Source: an uncultured Gammaproteobacteria bacterium (GTDB taxonomy: Bacteria > Pseudomonadota > Gammaproteobacteria > Steroidobacterales > Steroidobacteraceae). Taken from it: DNA of 64,000 nt. Below, in pieces: positions 55,406 to 64,000 of the stretch; position 1 is the stretch's first letter, and every line of letters starts with the position of its first letter. The position numbers and the translations under genes are program-made. Below the pieces are notes generated by a model. The model saw nothing but the letters and a program-made list of their open reading frames with translations. It was not told the DNA's origin and searched no databases. The DNA is taken from NCBI GenBank assembly GCA_963818075.1, contig CAWFQX010000004.1:769830-833829 (forward strand), in the 5' to 3' direction.

Positions 55406-57040
55406 TTGAGCGACCCGGCCTCACTTCCCGCCGCCGCCATTGCCCCGGATGCCCGCACCGAGAAGCTGAATACCAAGGCGGCAGGGATCATCACCCTCGC
55501 GGTGATGTGCAGCCGGGTGCTGGGGCTGGCGCGCGAGCAGGTCTTCGCGGCGCTGTTTGGCGGCGGCGCCGCGATGGATGCCTTCACGGCCGCATTCCGC
55601 ATTCCGAACCTGCTGCGCGATCTGTTCGCCGAAGGCGCGCTGTCGACGGCATTCGTCACGACCTTCAGCAAAACCATCGCGCGCGGCGGCGACGATGCTG
55701 CCTGGCGTCTTGCCAACAAGGTGGCCACCTTGACCGCCGTGGTGCTGGGAGTTCTGTGCCTCGCCGGCATGGTGTTTTCGGCGCAGCTGGTGGCGCTCTT
55801 GGCGCCGGGGTTCGACCCGGAGAAAGCCGCATTGACAGCGCTCCTCACGCGCATCATGTTTCCGTTCATTCTCCTGGTATCGCTGGCCGCCCTGGTCATG
55901 GGCATGCTCAACTCCAAGAGCGTGTTCGGCATGCCGGCGATGGCGTCGAGTTTCTTCAATATCGGATCGATCGTCGGCGGGGTCACCCTGGGCTTCTGGA
56001 TCGACCCGCAATTCGGCCCGCGCGCGCTGCTCGGCTTGGGGCTGGCCACGGTTCTCGGCGGAGCACTGCAGCTCGCGGTACAACTGCCGTCGCTGGCGCG
56101 GCTCGGCTATCGCTTCAAGCCCGATTTTCGCTGGCGCGACGCCGGCGTGAAGGCAATCCTGCTGTTGATGGGTCCCTCGGTGATCGCCGCGAGCACCACG
56201 CAATTCAATGTGCTGATCAATTCGATGTTCGCATCGTCGCTCGGCGACGGACCGATTTTTTGGCTCTCGATCGCGTTTCGATTGATGCAGCTGCCATTGG
56301 GCCTGTTCGGCGTCGCGCTCGGTACCGTCACCCTGCCGCTCTTGTCGCGCTTGGTGGTGGCCGGCCACATCAACGAGTTTCGCACCGAGCTCGCGCGGGC
56401 GATGCGCCTCGCGCTGCTGCTCACGATTCCCTCCATGGCGGGGCTCATCATGCTCGCCGAACCCATCATTTCCGTGCTCTATCAGCACGGCAAATTCACC
56501 GCCGTGCAGGCGGCGCAGGCCGCCGGCGCGCTGCGCTTCTACGCCATCGGTCTGGCCGGATATGCCGCGCTCAAGGTGTTGGTGAACGCGTTCTATGCGC
56601 TCGACCGGCGCAAGACCCCGATGCTCGTGAGCTTCCTGGCGGTGGCCTTGAACCTCTTGCTCAATTGGATCTTCACTTTCCGCCTGGGGTGGGGGTATCG
56701 CGGACTGGCGTTCTCGACGGGGTGCATCGCGACCTTCAATTTCTTGCTCTTGTACGCGCTGATGCGCGGGCATCTCGATGGGCTCGAGACGCGGCGCATG
56801 CTGGTGATGCTCGGCAAAGTCGCGGTCGCGACCACGGCGCTGGTTGCGGTTTGCGCCGCCTCGTCGCACTGGCTGCTCGCGCATTGGGAGACTCAGGCCT
56901 TTCTCGGCAAGCTGGGCGCGCTGCTCGGCACCATAGCCGCGGGCGCCGTCGTGTTTGCCGCGTGCGGTACGGTGTTGCATATCGAGGAGCTCAAGCAATT
57001 ACAGGCGGCTATTCAGCGGCGCTTGCGGCGCGTCACTTGA
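55406..57040 (+). CDS. murJ: lipid II flippase MurJ (MviN)
   Basis: 544 aa with the MurJ N-terminal signature SRVLGLAREQVFAALFGGGAAMDAFTAAFRIPNLLRDLFAEGALS.AFV and about 14 TM helices. The start codon is uncertain (TTG at 55406). Confidence 0.9.
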   Translation: MSDPASLPAAAIAPDARTEKLNTKAAGIITLAVMCSRVLGLAREQVFAALFGGGAAMDAFTAAFRIPNLLRDLFAEGALSTAFVTTFSKTIARGGDDAAWRLANKVATLTAVVLGVLCLAGMVFSAQLVALLAPGFDPEKAALTALLTRIMFPFILLVSLAALVMGMLNSKSVFGMPAMASSFFNIGSIVGGVTLGFWIDPQFGPRALLGLGLATVLGGALQLAVQLPSLARLGYRFKPDFRWRDAGVKAILLLMGPSVIAASTTQFNVLINSMFASSLGDGPIFWLSIAFRLMQLPLGLFGVALGTVTLPLLSRLVVAGHINEFRTELARAMRLALLLTIPSMAGLIMLAEPIISVLYQHGKFTAVQAAQAAGALRFYAIGLAGYAALKVLVNAFYALDRRKTPMLVSFLAVALNLLLNWIFTFRLGWGYRGLAFSTGCIATFNFLLLYALMRGHLDGLETRRMLVMLGKVAVATTALVAVCAASSHWLLAHWETQAFLGKLGALLGTIAAGAVVFAACGTVLHIEELKQLQAAIQRRLRRVT

Positions 57041-57740
57041 CCCGCGGCGGGATGTTGAGGCCCCTGGCCACCGCCGGGCGCGCCAGGAAGGAGCGCAAGG
57101 TGCGCATGACATTCGGAAAATTGTCGATGCCGACGAGATCCGCCGCCTCATAAAAGCCGATCAGATTGTTGATCCAGGGAAACGTGGCCACATCGGCGAT
57201 CGTGAAGATCTCGCCCATGATCCAGGCGCGATCGCCGAGCTGCCGCTCGAGCACGTTCAGCAGGCGCTTCGATTCCGCGACGTAGCGGTCGCGCGGGCGC
57301 TTGTCCTCATAGTCCTTGCCGGCGAATTTATTGAAAAAACCAACCTGGCCGAACATGGGGCCGATGCCGCCCATCTGAAACATCAGCCATTGGATGGTCT
57401 GGTAGCGCTCCGCCGCATCGTGCGGCAGGAGCTGCGCGGTTTTTTCCGCGAGATAGAGCAGGATTGCACCGGACTCGAACAGGGGCAGCGGCCGGCCCGC
57501 AGGCCCGTCCGGATCGAGGATGGCCGGGATCTTGTTGTTGGGATTGAGCGATAAGAACTCCGGCGTCAGCTGATCATTGTTCGCAAAGTCGACGAGGTGC
57601 GGCTCGTACGGCAGACCGATTTCCTCGAGCATGATCGAGACTTTGACGCCGTTCGGAGTCGGCAGGGAGTAGAGCTGCAGCCGGTCCGGATGCCGGGCGG
57701 GCCACTTGCGGGTAATGGGGAACGCGGCAAGATCATTCAT
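57033..57740 (-). CDS. glutathione S-transferase, Nu-class (YfcG/YghU-like)
   Basis: 235 aa. Motifs include LYSLPTPNGVKVSIMLEE, NPNNKIPAI and ESGAILLYLAEK. Confidence 0.85.
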   Translation of the reverse strand: MNDLAAFPITRKWPARHPDRLQLYSLPTPNGVKVSIMLEEIGLPYEPHLVDFANNDQLTPEFLSLNPNNKIPAILDPDGPAGRPLPLFESGAILLYLAEKTAQLLPHDAAERYQTIQWLMFQMGGIGPMFGQVGFFNKFAGKDYEDKRPRDRYVAESKRLLNVLERQLGDRAWIMGEIFTIADVATFPWINNLIGFYEAADLVGIDNFPNVMRTLRSFLARPAVARGLNIPPRVK

Positions 57741-57781
57741 GGGCGATCCAAAGGAGGGGTCGGATATGCGAGCATAGCGTA

Positions 57782-58807
57782 ATGAAACCGGTTGACCGTG
57801 GATTCTCTATGCCGGCCGAGTGGGCTCCTCACTCGGGATGTTGGATGGGCTGGCCGAAGCGCGAATCGATTTGGCACGGTCACATTGAAGCGGCTCGCGA
57901 TGACTATGCGCGGGTGGCGCAGGCGATTGCCCGATTCGAACCTCTCACCATGCTTGCCGACCCCGAGCTCGCGGCGGACGCCTCCGCTCGGTGCGGCGCG
58001 GCGGTGCGGGTCGTTGCCGTTCCGATGGATGATGCGTGGCTGCGCGACTCCGGACCGACCTTCGTTCTCGACGCAGCGGGCGCGCGTGCGGCCGCCGTTT
58101 TCACTTTCAACGCCTGGGGCGGCAAATGCCTGCCCTTCGACGAGGACGCGAAACTCGGGGGACGCGTCGCGGCCTGCGCCGCGGCGCCCGTGTTTCGGTC
58201 GGATCTCGTCGTCGAGGGCGGCGGCTTTCTGTCGGACGGCGAGGGAACCTTGATTACCGCCGAATCGTGCGTGCTCAATCCCAATCGCAATCCCGGATGG
58301 AGCAAGGCCGAGGCCGATGCCGAGCTGCGTGCCATGCTCGGGGTGCGCAAAGTCATCTGGCTGCCGGGTGACCCCAGCGACAACGCGACCGATGGCCATG
58401 TCGACGGCTATGTCGCCTTCATCCGCCCCGCTGCGGTTCTCTTTGAAACCGTGGCCGATCCCCTCGATCCGAGATTTCCGCTCATGGCGGAGAACCGCAA
58501 AATTCTCGAGTCCGAAACCGACGCGCGCGGACGCCGTTTCGAGTTGCTGCCGATTGCTGAGGCGCCGCGTACCGCGGTTCCCGACGGGGAGGACATCTAC
58601 TGCCGCTCGTACGTCAATTTTTACCTGGCGAACGGCGCCGTCATTGCACCTGCCTACGGCATCGCCGAGGACGCCGCGGTGGCCGATACCTTGCGCCGCG
58701 CCTATCCGGAGCGGCACGTGGTATCGCTCGGGCTTCGCGATTTGTTTCGCGGCGGCGGCGGCATCCACTGCATTACCCAGCAGGAACCGCGCGCCCGCGC
58801 TACTTGA
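57782..58807 (+). CDS. aguA: agmatine deiminase
   Basis: 341 aa. It has MPAEWAPHSGCWMGWP, DAWLRDSGP and the catalytic Cys in GGGGIHCITQQEP. Confidence 0.88.
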   Translation: MKPVDRGFSMPAEWAPHSGCWMGWPKRESIWHGHIEAARDDYARVAQAIARFEPLTMLADPELAADASARCGAAVRVVAVPMDDAWLRDSGPTFVLDAAGARAAAVFTFNAWGGKCLPFDEDAKLGGRVAACAAAPVFRSDLVVEGGGFLSDGEGTLITAESCVLNPNRNPGWSKAEADAELRAMLGVRKVIWLPGDPSDNATDGHVDGYVAFIRPAAVLFETVADPLDPRFPLMAENRKILESETDARGRRFELLPIAEAPRTAVPDGEDIYCRSYVNFYLANGAVIAPAYGIAEDAAVADTLRRAYPERHVVSLGLRDLFRGGGGIHCITQQEPRARAT

Positions 58808-58849
58808 ACAGTCGAAAAATAGTATCATTGCGCGCCGCCGCCGCGCGGT

Positions 58850-60172
58850 ATGCATCAAAGGACGCCCGTGGTTACAAAGTTCTCGTTTCGGATCCTATGT
58901 TTGTCGCTACTGCCGCTGCTCGCGGCGGCGCAGCCGTCCTCGGCTCCGGCCGCCGCATCCCTGCCCCTCACGGCCATTCGCGCCGGCAAGTTCATTGATG
59001 TGGAGTCAGGAAGGGTGCTCGTCAACCAGATCATCCTGATTCGCGGCACGAAAATCGAAGCGGTCGGCGCGAAGAGCATTCCGGACGGCGCCAAAATCAT
59101 CGATCTGTCGCGCATGACGGTCCTGCCCGGCCTCGTGGATTGCCACACCCACCTGGCCGATCTTGCGGACGCCGAGCCCCTCAATGTGCTGCAACGAACC
59201 GCGGCGGAGGCTGCGTACCTCGCCATCCCCAACGCGAGCGTCACGCTGCTCGCAGGCTTCACCACGGTGCGCGATGTCGGCGTCTACCGCGCCCTCAACG
59301 ATGTGGCCATGCGCGACGCCATCGCGCGCGGCATCATCATAGGACCGCGCATGTACGTCGCGGGCGCGTACATCACCATCAGCCAGGGCGCCGGCGCAAT
59401 GACCGGGCTGTCGCCCGATATTCAGCTGCCCTGGGACTTGCGCTACGGCGAGGCCAACAGCCCGTGGGAGGTTCGGCAGAAAATTCGCGAGCTCGCGCAC
59501 CGCGGCGCCGATCACATCAAGGTTCTCTCCACGGGGGCCGTTCTCACCCACGGCAGCAACCCGAAATCCATCGAATTCACGCCCGAGGAGCTGCGCGCCG
59601 CCGTCGAGGAAGCGGCCAATTTCGGGCTTCGCGTCGAGGCGCACGCGCATGCGGCCGAAGGCATCAAGAATGCGATTCGCGCGGGAGTGGCGTCGATCGA
59701 ACACGCCACGCTCATCGATGACGAGGGCATCGCCCTTGCCAAGCAGCATGGCACCTATTTGGACATGGATATCTACGACGAGGAGTGCATTCAGTCCGCC
59801 CCCGGAACGCCCGCGGATTTTCTGCAGCACGATCAGGAGCTCGGCGAGGCGCAACGGCGCAATTTCACCAAGGCGGTGCGCGCCGGGGTCAAGATGACAT
59901 TCGGCACCGATGCCGGCGTATGCCCGCATGGGATCAACGCGCGCCAGTTCGCCTTCATGGTGAAGTACGGCATGACGCCGATGCAGGCGATTCAGTCGGC
60001 TACCGTCAATGCCGCGGATCTCATCGGCCACTCGGAGCTGTTCGGCTCCATCGCCGCCGGCAAATCCGCGGATGTCATTGCCGTGAACGGCGATCCGCTG
60101 GCCGACATCCACGAGCTCGAGCACGTCGCCTTCGTCATGAAAGAAGGCAGGGTCTACAAGGCGGCCGATTGA
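58850..60172 (+). CDS. secreted metal-dependent amidohydrolase-family protein
   Basis: 440 aa with a signal peptide and the HxH metal motif (VDCHTHL). It has the later His/Asp ligands typical of amidohydrolase_1 (imidazolonepropionase/Xaa-Pro dipeptidase-like). Confidence 0.8.
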   Translation: MHQRTPVVTKFSFRILCLSLLPLLAAAQPSSAPAAASLPLTAIRAGKFIDVESGRVLVNQIILIRGTKIEAVGAKSIPDGAKIIDLSRMTVLPGLVDCHTHLADLADAEPLNVLQRTAAEAAYLAIPNASVTLLAGFTTVRDVGVYRALNDVAMRDAIARGIIIGPRMYVAGAYITISQGAGAMTGLSPDIQLPWDLRYGEANSPWEVRQKIRELAHRGADHIKVLSTGAVLTHGSNPKSIEFTPEELRAAVEEAANFGLRVEAHAHAAEGIKNAIRAGVASIEHATLIDDEGIALAKQHGTYLDMDIYDEECIQSAPGTPADFLQHDQELGEAQRRNFTKAVRAGVKMTFGTDAGVCPHGINARQFAFMVKYGMTPMQAIQSATVNAADLIGHSELFGSIAAGKSADVIAVNGDPLADIHELEHVAFVMKEGRVYKAAD

Positions 60173-61995
60173 GCATGTTCCGCGATGGCGGCGATGAAGC
60201 GCTCGCCATAGCGGGCCAGCTTGGCTTCGCCAACGCCCGGAAGGTCGGCAAACTGGCTCAAGCTGAGCGGGCGGCGCTCGGCCATTTCACGCAGCGTGGC
60301 GTCGTGAAACACGACGTAGGGAGGCAGCCCATGCTCGTCCGCCAAACGCTTGCGCAAGGCGCGCAGGCGTTCGAATAGCGCGCTGCTCTCGGCGGGAACC
60401 GTCGGCTGGGCCGTGGCCGATCGCGCCGGTGTGCGTTTGGCCGGGGCGGCTATCTGGACGGCGAGTTCCTGGCGCAGCACCGGCCCGCTTTGCGCGTTCA
60501 AGGACAGTACCGGATAGCCGTCCTGCGTCTCCTCGATGAGGCCCTGGTGCAGCAAAGCCCGCGCCACGCTGCGCCATTCCTCGACCGATCGCCGTTTCCC
60601 GATGCCGTAAACGCTCAGAGTGTCATGGCCCCGCGACAGCACGCGATCGCTGCGCGCCCCGCGCAGTATGTCGATGATTTGTGCCGCGCCGAAGCGCTGA
60701 CGGCGCTGCGCGAGACGCGCGATGCAGGACATGAATTGCCGCGCCTCCAAGCTCCAGTCCTGCAGCGTGCGCGGCTCGCAGCAGTTGTCGCAAGCACCGC
60801 AGGGGGCGGCAAAGTCCTCACCGAGGTAGCGCAGTTGAATCGCCCGGCGGCACTCGGTCGATTCTGCATAATTCAGCACCTGCCGCAATTGCTGGCGCGC
60901 AATGCGCTGTTCCTCTTCGAGCGCCGCGCCCGTGTCGGGATCGATCTTTTGTTGAATCAAGAACTCCGAGGTGCGGATGTCGGCGGCGCCGAAATAGAGC
61001 GTACAGCGCGCCGGATCGCCATCGCGCCCGGCGCGGCCCGACTCCTGGTAGTAGCCTTCGAGGGTCCTCGGCAGATCGTAATGCACGACCCAGCGCACAT
61101 CGGGCTTGTTGATCCCCATCCCGAAGGCAATGGTGGCGATGATCACCTGCACATCGTCGCGAATGAAGGCTTCTTGATTGTCGCGCCGGGCAACCGCATC
61201 GAGTCCCGCATGATAGGGCCGCACCCGGATTCCCTCGCTCTGCAACTGCAGCGCCAATTCATCCACGCGCCGGCGCGACAGGCAGTAAACGATGCCGGCG
61301 CCGCCGCGGCGAATTTGCGCCAGCAATTCCGCGTTGGTTTGTTTGCTCTTGGCGCGGACTTGGTAGAAGAGATTCGGCCGATTGAAGCTCGAGACATGCA
61401 GCACGGGTTCGCGCAGCGCAAGTTGCGCCACGATGTCGATTCGCACCCGCGGGGTGGCCGTGGCCGTGAACGCCAGCATCGGGACTCCGGGATGCCGGCG
61501 GCGCAACAGAGAGAGCTGCCGATACTCGCGCCGAAAATCGTGGCCCCATTCCGAAACGCAGTGCGCTTCATCGATGACGAACGCATTGATGCCCGGACTC
61601 TCGCTTAAGCTGCGCAACGGGCCGTCGAGAAATTCCGGCATCAGCAGCCGCTCCGGCGCCAGGTAGAGCAGCTTGTACTCGCCGCGCAGCAGGGCTGCGG
61701 TACGCCGCGACACTTCGGCCGCGTCCAAGCTCGAGTTGATGAAGCTGGCGGCGACGGCGTTGTCGCGCAGCAGGCGGACCTGATCCTGCATCAGGGCAAT
61801 CAGCGGCGAGACGACCAGGGTGACGCCCGCCTGCAGCAAAGCCGGCAGCTGAAAGCACAGGGATTTGCCGCCGCCCGTGGGCATCAGGGCAAGCACGTCA
61901 CGGCCCGCCAAGGCGTCGCGGACGACCGCCTCCTGACCGGCCCGAAACCGATCGAAGCCGAACATCCGCTTCAACGCCGCTTGCAGCTCCGCCAT
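60154..61995 (-). CDS. recQ: ATP-dependent DNA helicase RecQ
   Basis: 613 aa. It has motif I PTGGGKSLCFQ, DEAH box VIDEAHCVSEWGHDFR and the Zn-binding CRR...CGACDNC. RQC and C-terminal HRDC regions are also present. Confidence 0.93.
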   Translation of the reverse strand: MAELQAALKRMFGFDRFRAGQEAVVRDALAGRDVLALMPTGGGKSLCFQLPALLQAGVTLVVSPLIALMQDQVRLLRDNAVAASFINSSLDAAEVSRRTAALLRGEYKLLYLAPERLLMPEFLDGPLRSLSESPGINAFVIDEAHCVSEWGHDFRREYRQLSLLRRRHPGVPMLAFTATATPRVRIDIVAQLALREPVLHVSSFNRPNLFYQVRAKSKQTNAELLAQIRRGGAGIVYCLSRRRVDELALQLQSEGIRVRPYHAGLDAVARRDNQEAFIRDDVQVIIATIAFGMGINKPDVRWVVHYDLPRTLEGYYQESGRAGRDGDPARCTLYFGAADIRTSEFLIQQKIDPDTGAALEEEQRIARQQLRQVLNYAESTECRRAIQLRYLGEDFAAPCGACDNCCEPRTLQDWSLEARQFMSCIARLAQRRQRFGAAQIIDILRGARSDRVLSRGHDTLSVYGIGKRRSVEEWRSVARALLHQGLIEETQDGYPVLSLNAQSGPVLRQELAVQIAAPAKRTPARSATAQPTVPAESSALFERLRALRKRLADEHGLPPYVVFHDATLREMAERRPLSLSQFADLPGVGEAKLARYGERFIAAIAEHAQSAAL

Positions 61996-62110
61996 CGCAC
62001 GTACCTGTTAAATCGCTGGCGCATTCTATCAATGAGTCGGTATTTGGCGACGCTCGAATGCAGCGCGGACGCAGCGCGTACGCTATCGGCTATGATAGCC
62101 GAAGCAAGCC

Positions 62111-62821
62111 ATGTTACCGGGGAGGGGTGCCGTGAAATTACACCTGCCAATGTCAGTTTGGCCGATCCTGTTGGTGTGGGCGCTCGGCGCCGCGAGCGCC
62201 CAGGCGGTGCCGGTGTCCCATCTCGAGGTGAAGGTCGTCTCGGGCGCGGAGGAACTCGGCGCCGGCAGCACCCTCGAGCTCAGGATTTATGAGGCCGGCA
62301 AAGATGTGAGACGGCTGCCGCTGGTGCACGGCGAGGCCTGGCCGCGCGATTCCACGCATATCATTCCGGTGAAGCTGAGCGACCCGCTCGACCCGCGCAG
62401 CGTGCGGCGCTTCAGCCTGTACTATCGGAGCGCGAGCCCACTGTCGCGCGGCTTTGAGATCGTCGCTGCCGACGTCGAATTGCCGTCGGGTAGGGGTTCG
62501 CCCGAATTGCTGCTCAACGCCACGCTATCGGGGGTCATTGCCGGACAGGGCGGCGAACTCGCGACCGTAGACCGCGACCAAGCGGCGGTCGCGTGCCGCA
62601 GCGACGCGGACTGCGACGACAAGCGCGCCTGCAATGGCAAGGAGCGATGCGCGCCGCACTCGGCCGGAGCGGATGCTCGCGGATGCGTCAAGGGGACACC
62701 GGTGGTGTGCCCGGTTAACCAGGTGTGCAGCGAGGGGGTGGGCTGCCGCGGCGTGCCGGACGCCGTCAAACCCACTGCGGAGGCTGAAAAACCCACTGCG
62801 GACACCGACAAGCCTCACTAA
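62111..62821 (+). CDS. secreted hypothetical protein with a beta-sandwich-like N-domain, an 8-Cys module and a KPTA-type repeat tail
   Basis: 236 aa with signal peptide ...LGAASAQA. The Cys-rich region is CRSDADCDDKRACNGKERC...C...C...C...C. The C-terminus is KPTAEAEKPTADTDKPH. The start is uncertain (62111 or a downstream GTG). Confidence 0.5.
   Translation: MLPGRGAVKLHLPMSVWPILLVWALGAASAQAVPVSHLEVKVVSGAEELGAGSTLELRIYEAGKDVRRLPLVHGEAWPRDSTHIIPVKLSDPLDPRSVRRFSLYYRSASPLSRGFEIVAADVELPSGRGSPELLLNATLSGVIAGQGGELATVDRDQAAVACRSDADCDDKRACNGKERCAPHSAGADARGCVKGTPVVCPVNQVCSEGVGCRGVPDAVKPTAEAEKPTADTDKPH
62768..62815 (+). repeat. 21-bp tandem repeat (about 2.3 copies) inside the CDS
   Basis: aaacccactgcggaggctgaa / aaacccactgcggacaccgac / aagcct encodes KPTAEAE-KPTADTD-KP. 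Confidence 0.8.
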
Positions 62822-62850
62822 TGAGATTATGTTGAATCGCGGCCCCACTA

Positions 62851-64000
62851 TCACCGAAATGCGATGACGACCGCGGCGGTCAACGCCAGCAATGCGGCCG
62901 CCTGAAAGCGATAGTCCTGCCACAGCGGCATGAGCTTCAACCGCAACCGCTCGGCGTGGCTGAAATCGAGTGTCCACACGGGCGTTTCGTCGAAGGCACG
63001 AGAACTGCCGCGGCTGCGCAGGCTGAACCCCACCAGGATGGCCGCGTCCAGCGCCGTGAGAATCGGGGCCGCGTAGAGAAAGTGGAAGTGGGTCCAGCGC
63101 AGCACCACGTTGAGCATGAATAAAACGAATCCGGCGAGCGAGCCGAGCAGCATGGTCGCCGCGGCGCCGTCGGCGTTTGCGCCGCGCCAAAACATCCCCG
63201 CCAGAAACAGTGCGACCACGGGCGGGACGGCATAGGCGAGCACCGCCTGCAGATATTGCCAGAGCGACGGAAACAGCTGCAGCTGCGGTGCCCAGGCGAC
63301 CGCGATCATCAACAGTACGACCGTCATGGCGCGGCCGAGCCGCACCACTTGAGCATCCGAAAGATCCGGCTTGAGCTGCTTGACGACATCCATGGTGATC
63401 AGGGTCGATGCGGAATTGAGCATCGAGGCGATCGACACCATCGTCGCGGCGACGAATCCCGCGACCACCAAACCCACGAGTCCGGCCGGCAGCAATTGCA
63501 GAATCAAGTTCGGATAGACGAGGTCGGGACGCGGCAATTTCGGGAATAGCAGCAGGGCGCAAGTACCCGGCAACACGATCAGGAACAGCACCGGCAGCTT
63601 GAGCAATCCCGCGAACAGCGCGCCCCAGCGTGCGTGATCGATGTTCTTGGCCGACAGCATGCGCTGCACGATCGATTGGTTCGTGCACCAATAATAGAAG
63701 CCGAGCAGCGGAATTCCGAGCAGCAAGCCGGGCCACGGCACCCCGGGGTCGCCGGCCGGCCGGATCAGCGAGATCGCCGCCGGTGCGACGCCGCTCATCA
63801 CCGCATGCCACCCGCCGGCCCGGCTGAAGGCGCCGATCGATATCATGAGCGCGCCCAACATGAGCACGATGGCCTGAACGGCTTCCGTATAGATCACCGC
63901 CCGCAGGCCGCCCAGCGTGGTGTACAAGCCGGCCGTGCCGGCCAAGATCGTGACGATCAACCACAACGGCCACCCGGGAAACAGCAATTGGCAGACCAGC
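62851..64000 (-). CDS. sodium:solute symporter (SSS family), 5' end outside the window
   Basis: The C-terminal approximately 380 aa are multi-TM with SSS-like segments (GGLRAVIYTEAVQ, YYWCTNQSIVQRMLSAK). The frame stays open to the window edge. Confidence 0.8.
   Translation of the reverse strand, partial: LVCQLLFPGWPLWLIVTILAGTAGLYTTLGGLRAVIYTEAVQAIVLMLGALMISIGAFSRAGGWHAVMSGVAPAAISLIRPAGDPGVPWPGLLLGIPLLGFYYWCTNQSIVQRMLSAKNIDHARWGALFAGLLKLPVLFLIVLPGTCALLLFPKLPRPDLVYPNLILQLLPAGLVGLVVAGFVAATMVSIASMLNSASTLITMDVVKQLKPDLSDAQVVRLGRAMTVVLLMIAVAWAPQLQLFPSLWQYLQAVLAYAVPPVVALFLAGMFWRGANADGAAATMLLGSLAGFVLFMLNVVLRWTHFHFLYAAPILTALDAAILVGFSLRSRGSSRAFDETPVWTLDFSHAERLRLKLMPLWQDYRFQAAALLALTAAVVIAFR

Overview
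This is a roughly 64-kb chromosomal segment. Hand-counted sample lines give about 65-70% G+C. The trxB-ftsK-lolA-rarA-serS order matches the E. coli arrangement, so a gammaproteobacterial-type genome is my guess, not a proven assignment. Left third (1-24 kb): the housekeeping genes above, a BI-1/YccA membrane protein, a secreted M3 peptidase, and tRNA-Ser(UGA) inside a lower-GC islet. These are followed by a six-gene co-directional string, czcCBA-type metal efflux plus a CpxP/Spy-like protein plus an OmpR-type regulator plus a histidine kinase, and then an FAD-oxidoreductase/MFS pair. Middle (24.5-48 kb): about 24 kb of genes all on the + strand. They are a TonB-dependent receptor, two TPR-sulfotransferase paralogs, a TIGR03364-type FAD oxidase, a GntR regulator, a phosphonoacetate-route aminoethylphosphonate catabolic set (phnA, phnY, Na/Pi cotransporter, phnW), zwf, a discoidin/GH15-like protein, an SbmA/BacA-like ABC half-transporter, an S15 (CocE/NonD) hydrolase and a GST. 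Right (48-64 kb): a serine hydrolase, an EamA transporter, an orphan MASE1-PAS histidine kinase, a Gly/aromatic-rich secreted protein, a stand-alone EF-G paralog, murJ, a GST, aguA, an amidohydrolase, recQ, a Cys-rich secreted protein and a partial Na+/solute symporter. I saw no CRISPR array, no transposase or integrase, and no recognisable phage-defence or toxin-antitoxin module. I did not find a convincing self-contained novel multi-gene system. The most unusual observations are four. (1) Single-nucleotide frameshifts are strongly restricted to particular genes: about 30 or more fall in four consecutive genes at 38.9-47.5 kb, with further ones in selected genes at 24.5-38.8 kb and in the DUF482-like gene at 25-1193, while I noticed none in the other genes at 1.2-24.3 kb or at 47.5-64 kb. 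(2) A split duplicate of the tRNA-Ser 3' end carries a 70-nt hairpin-rich insert, and the tRNA is flanked by an inverted pair of small CPxCG paralogs. (3) A TonB receptor and TPR-sulfotransferases are linked to a phosphonate catabolic cluster whose transaminase is broken while an FAD oxidase is intact. (4) Several proteins are atypical: an EF-G paralog with a switch-I insertion, a Gly/Tyr/Trp/Arg-rich secreted protein, and a sulfotransferase with an N-terminal SEC-C motif. All homology calls come from motif recognition by eye, because no searches could be run.
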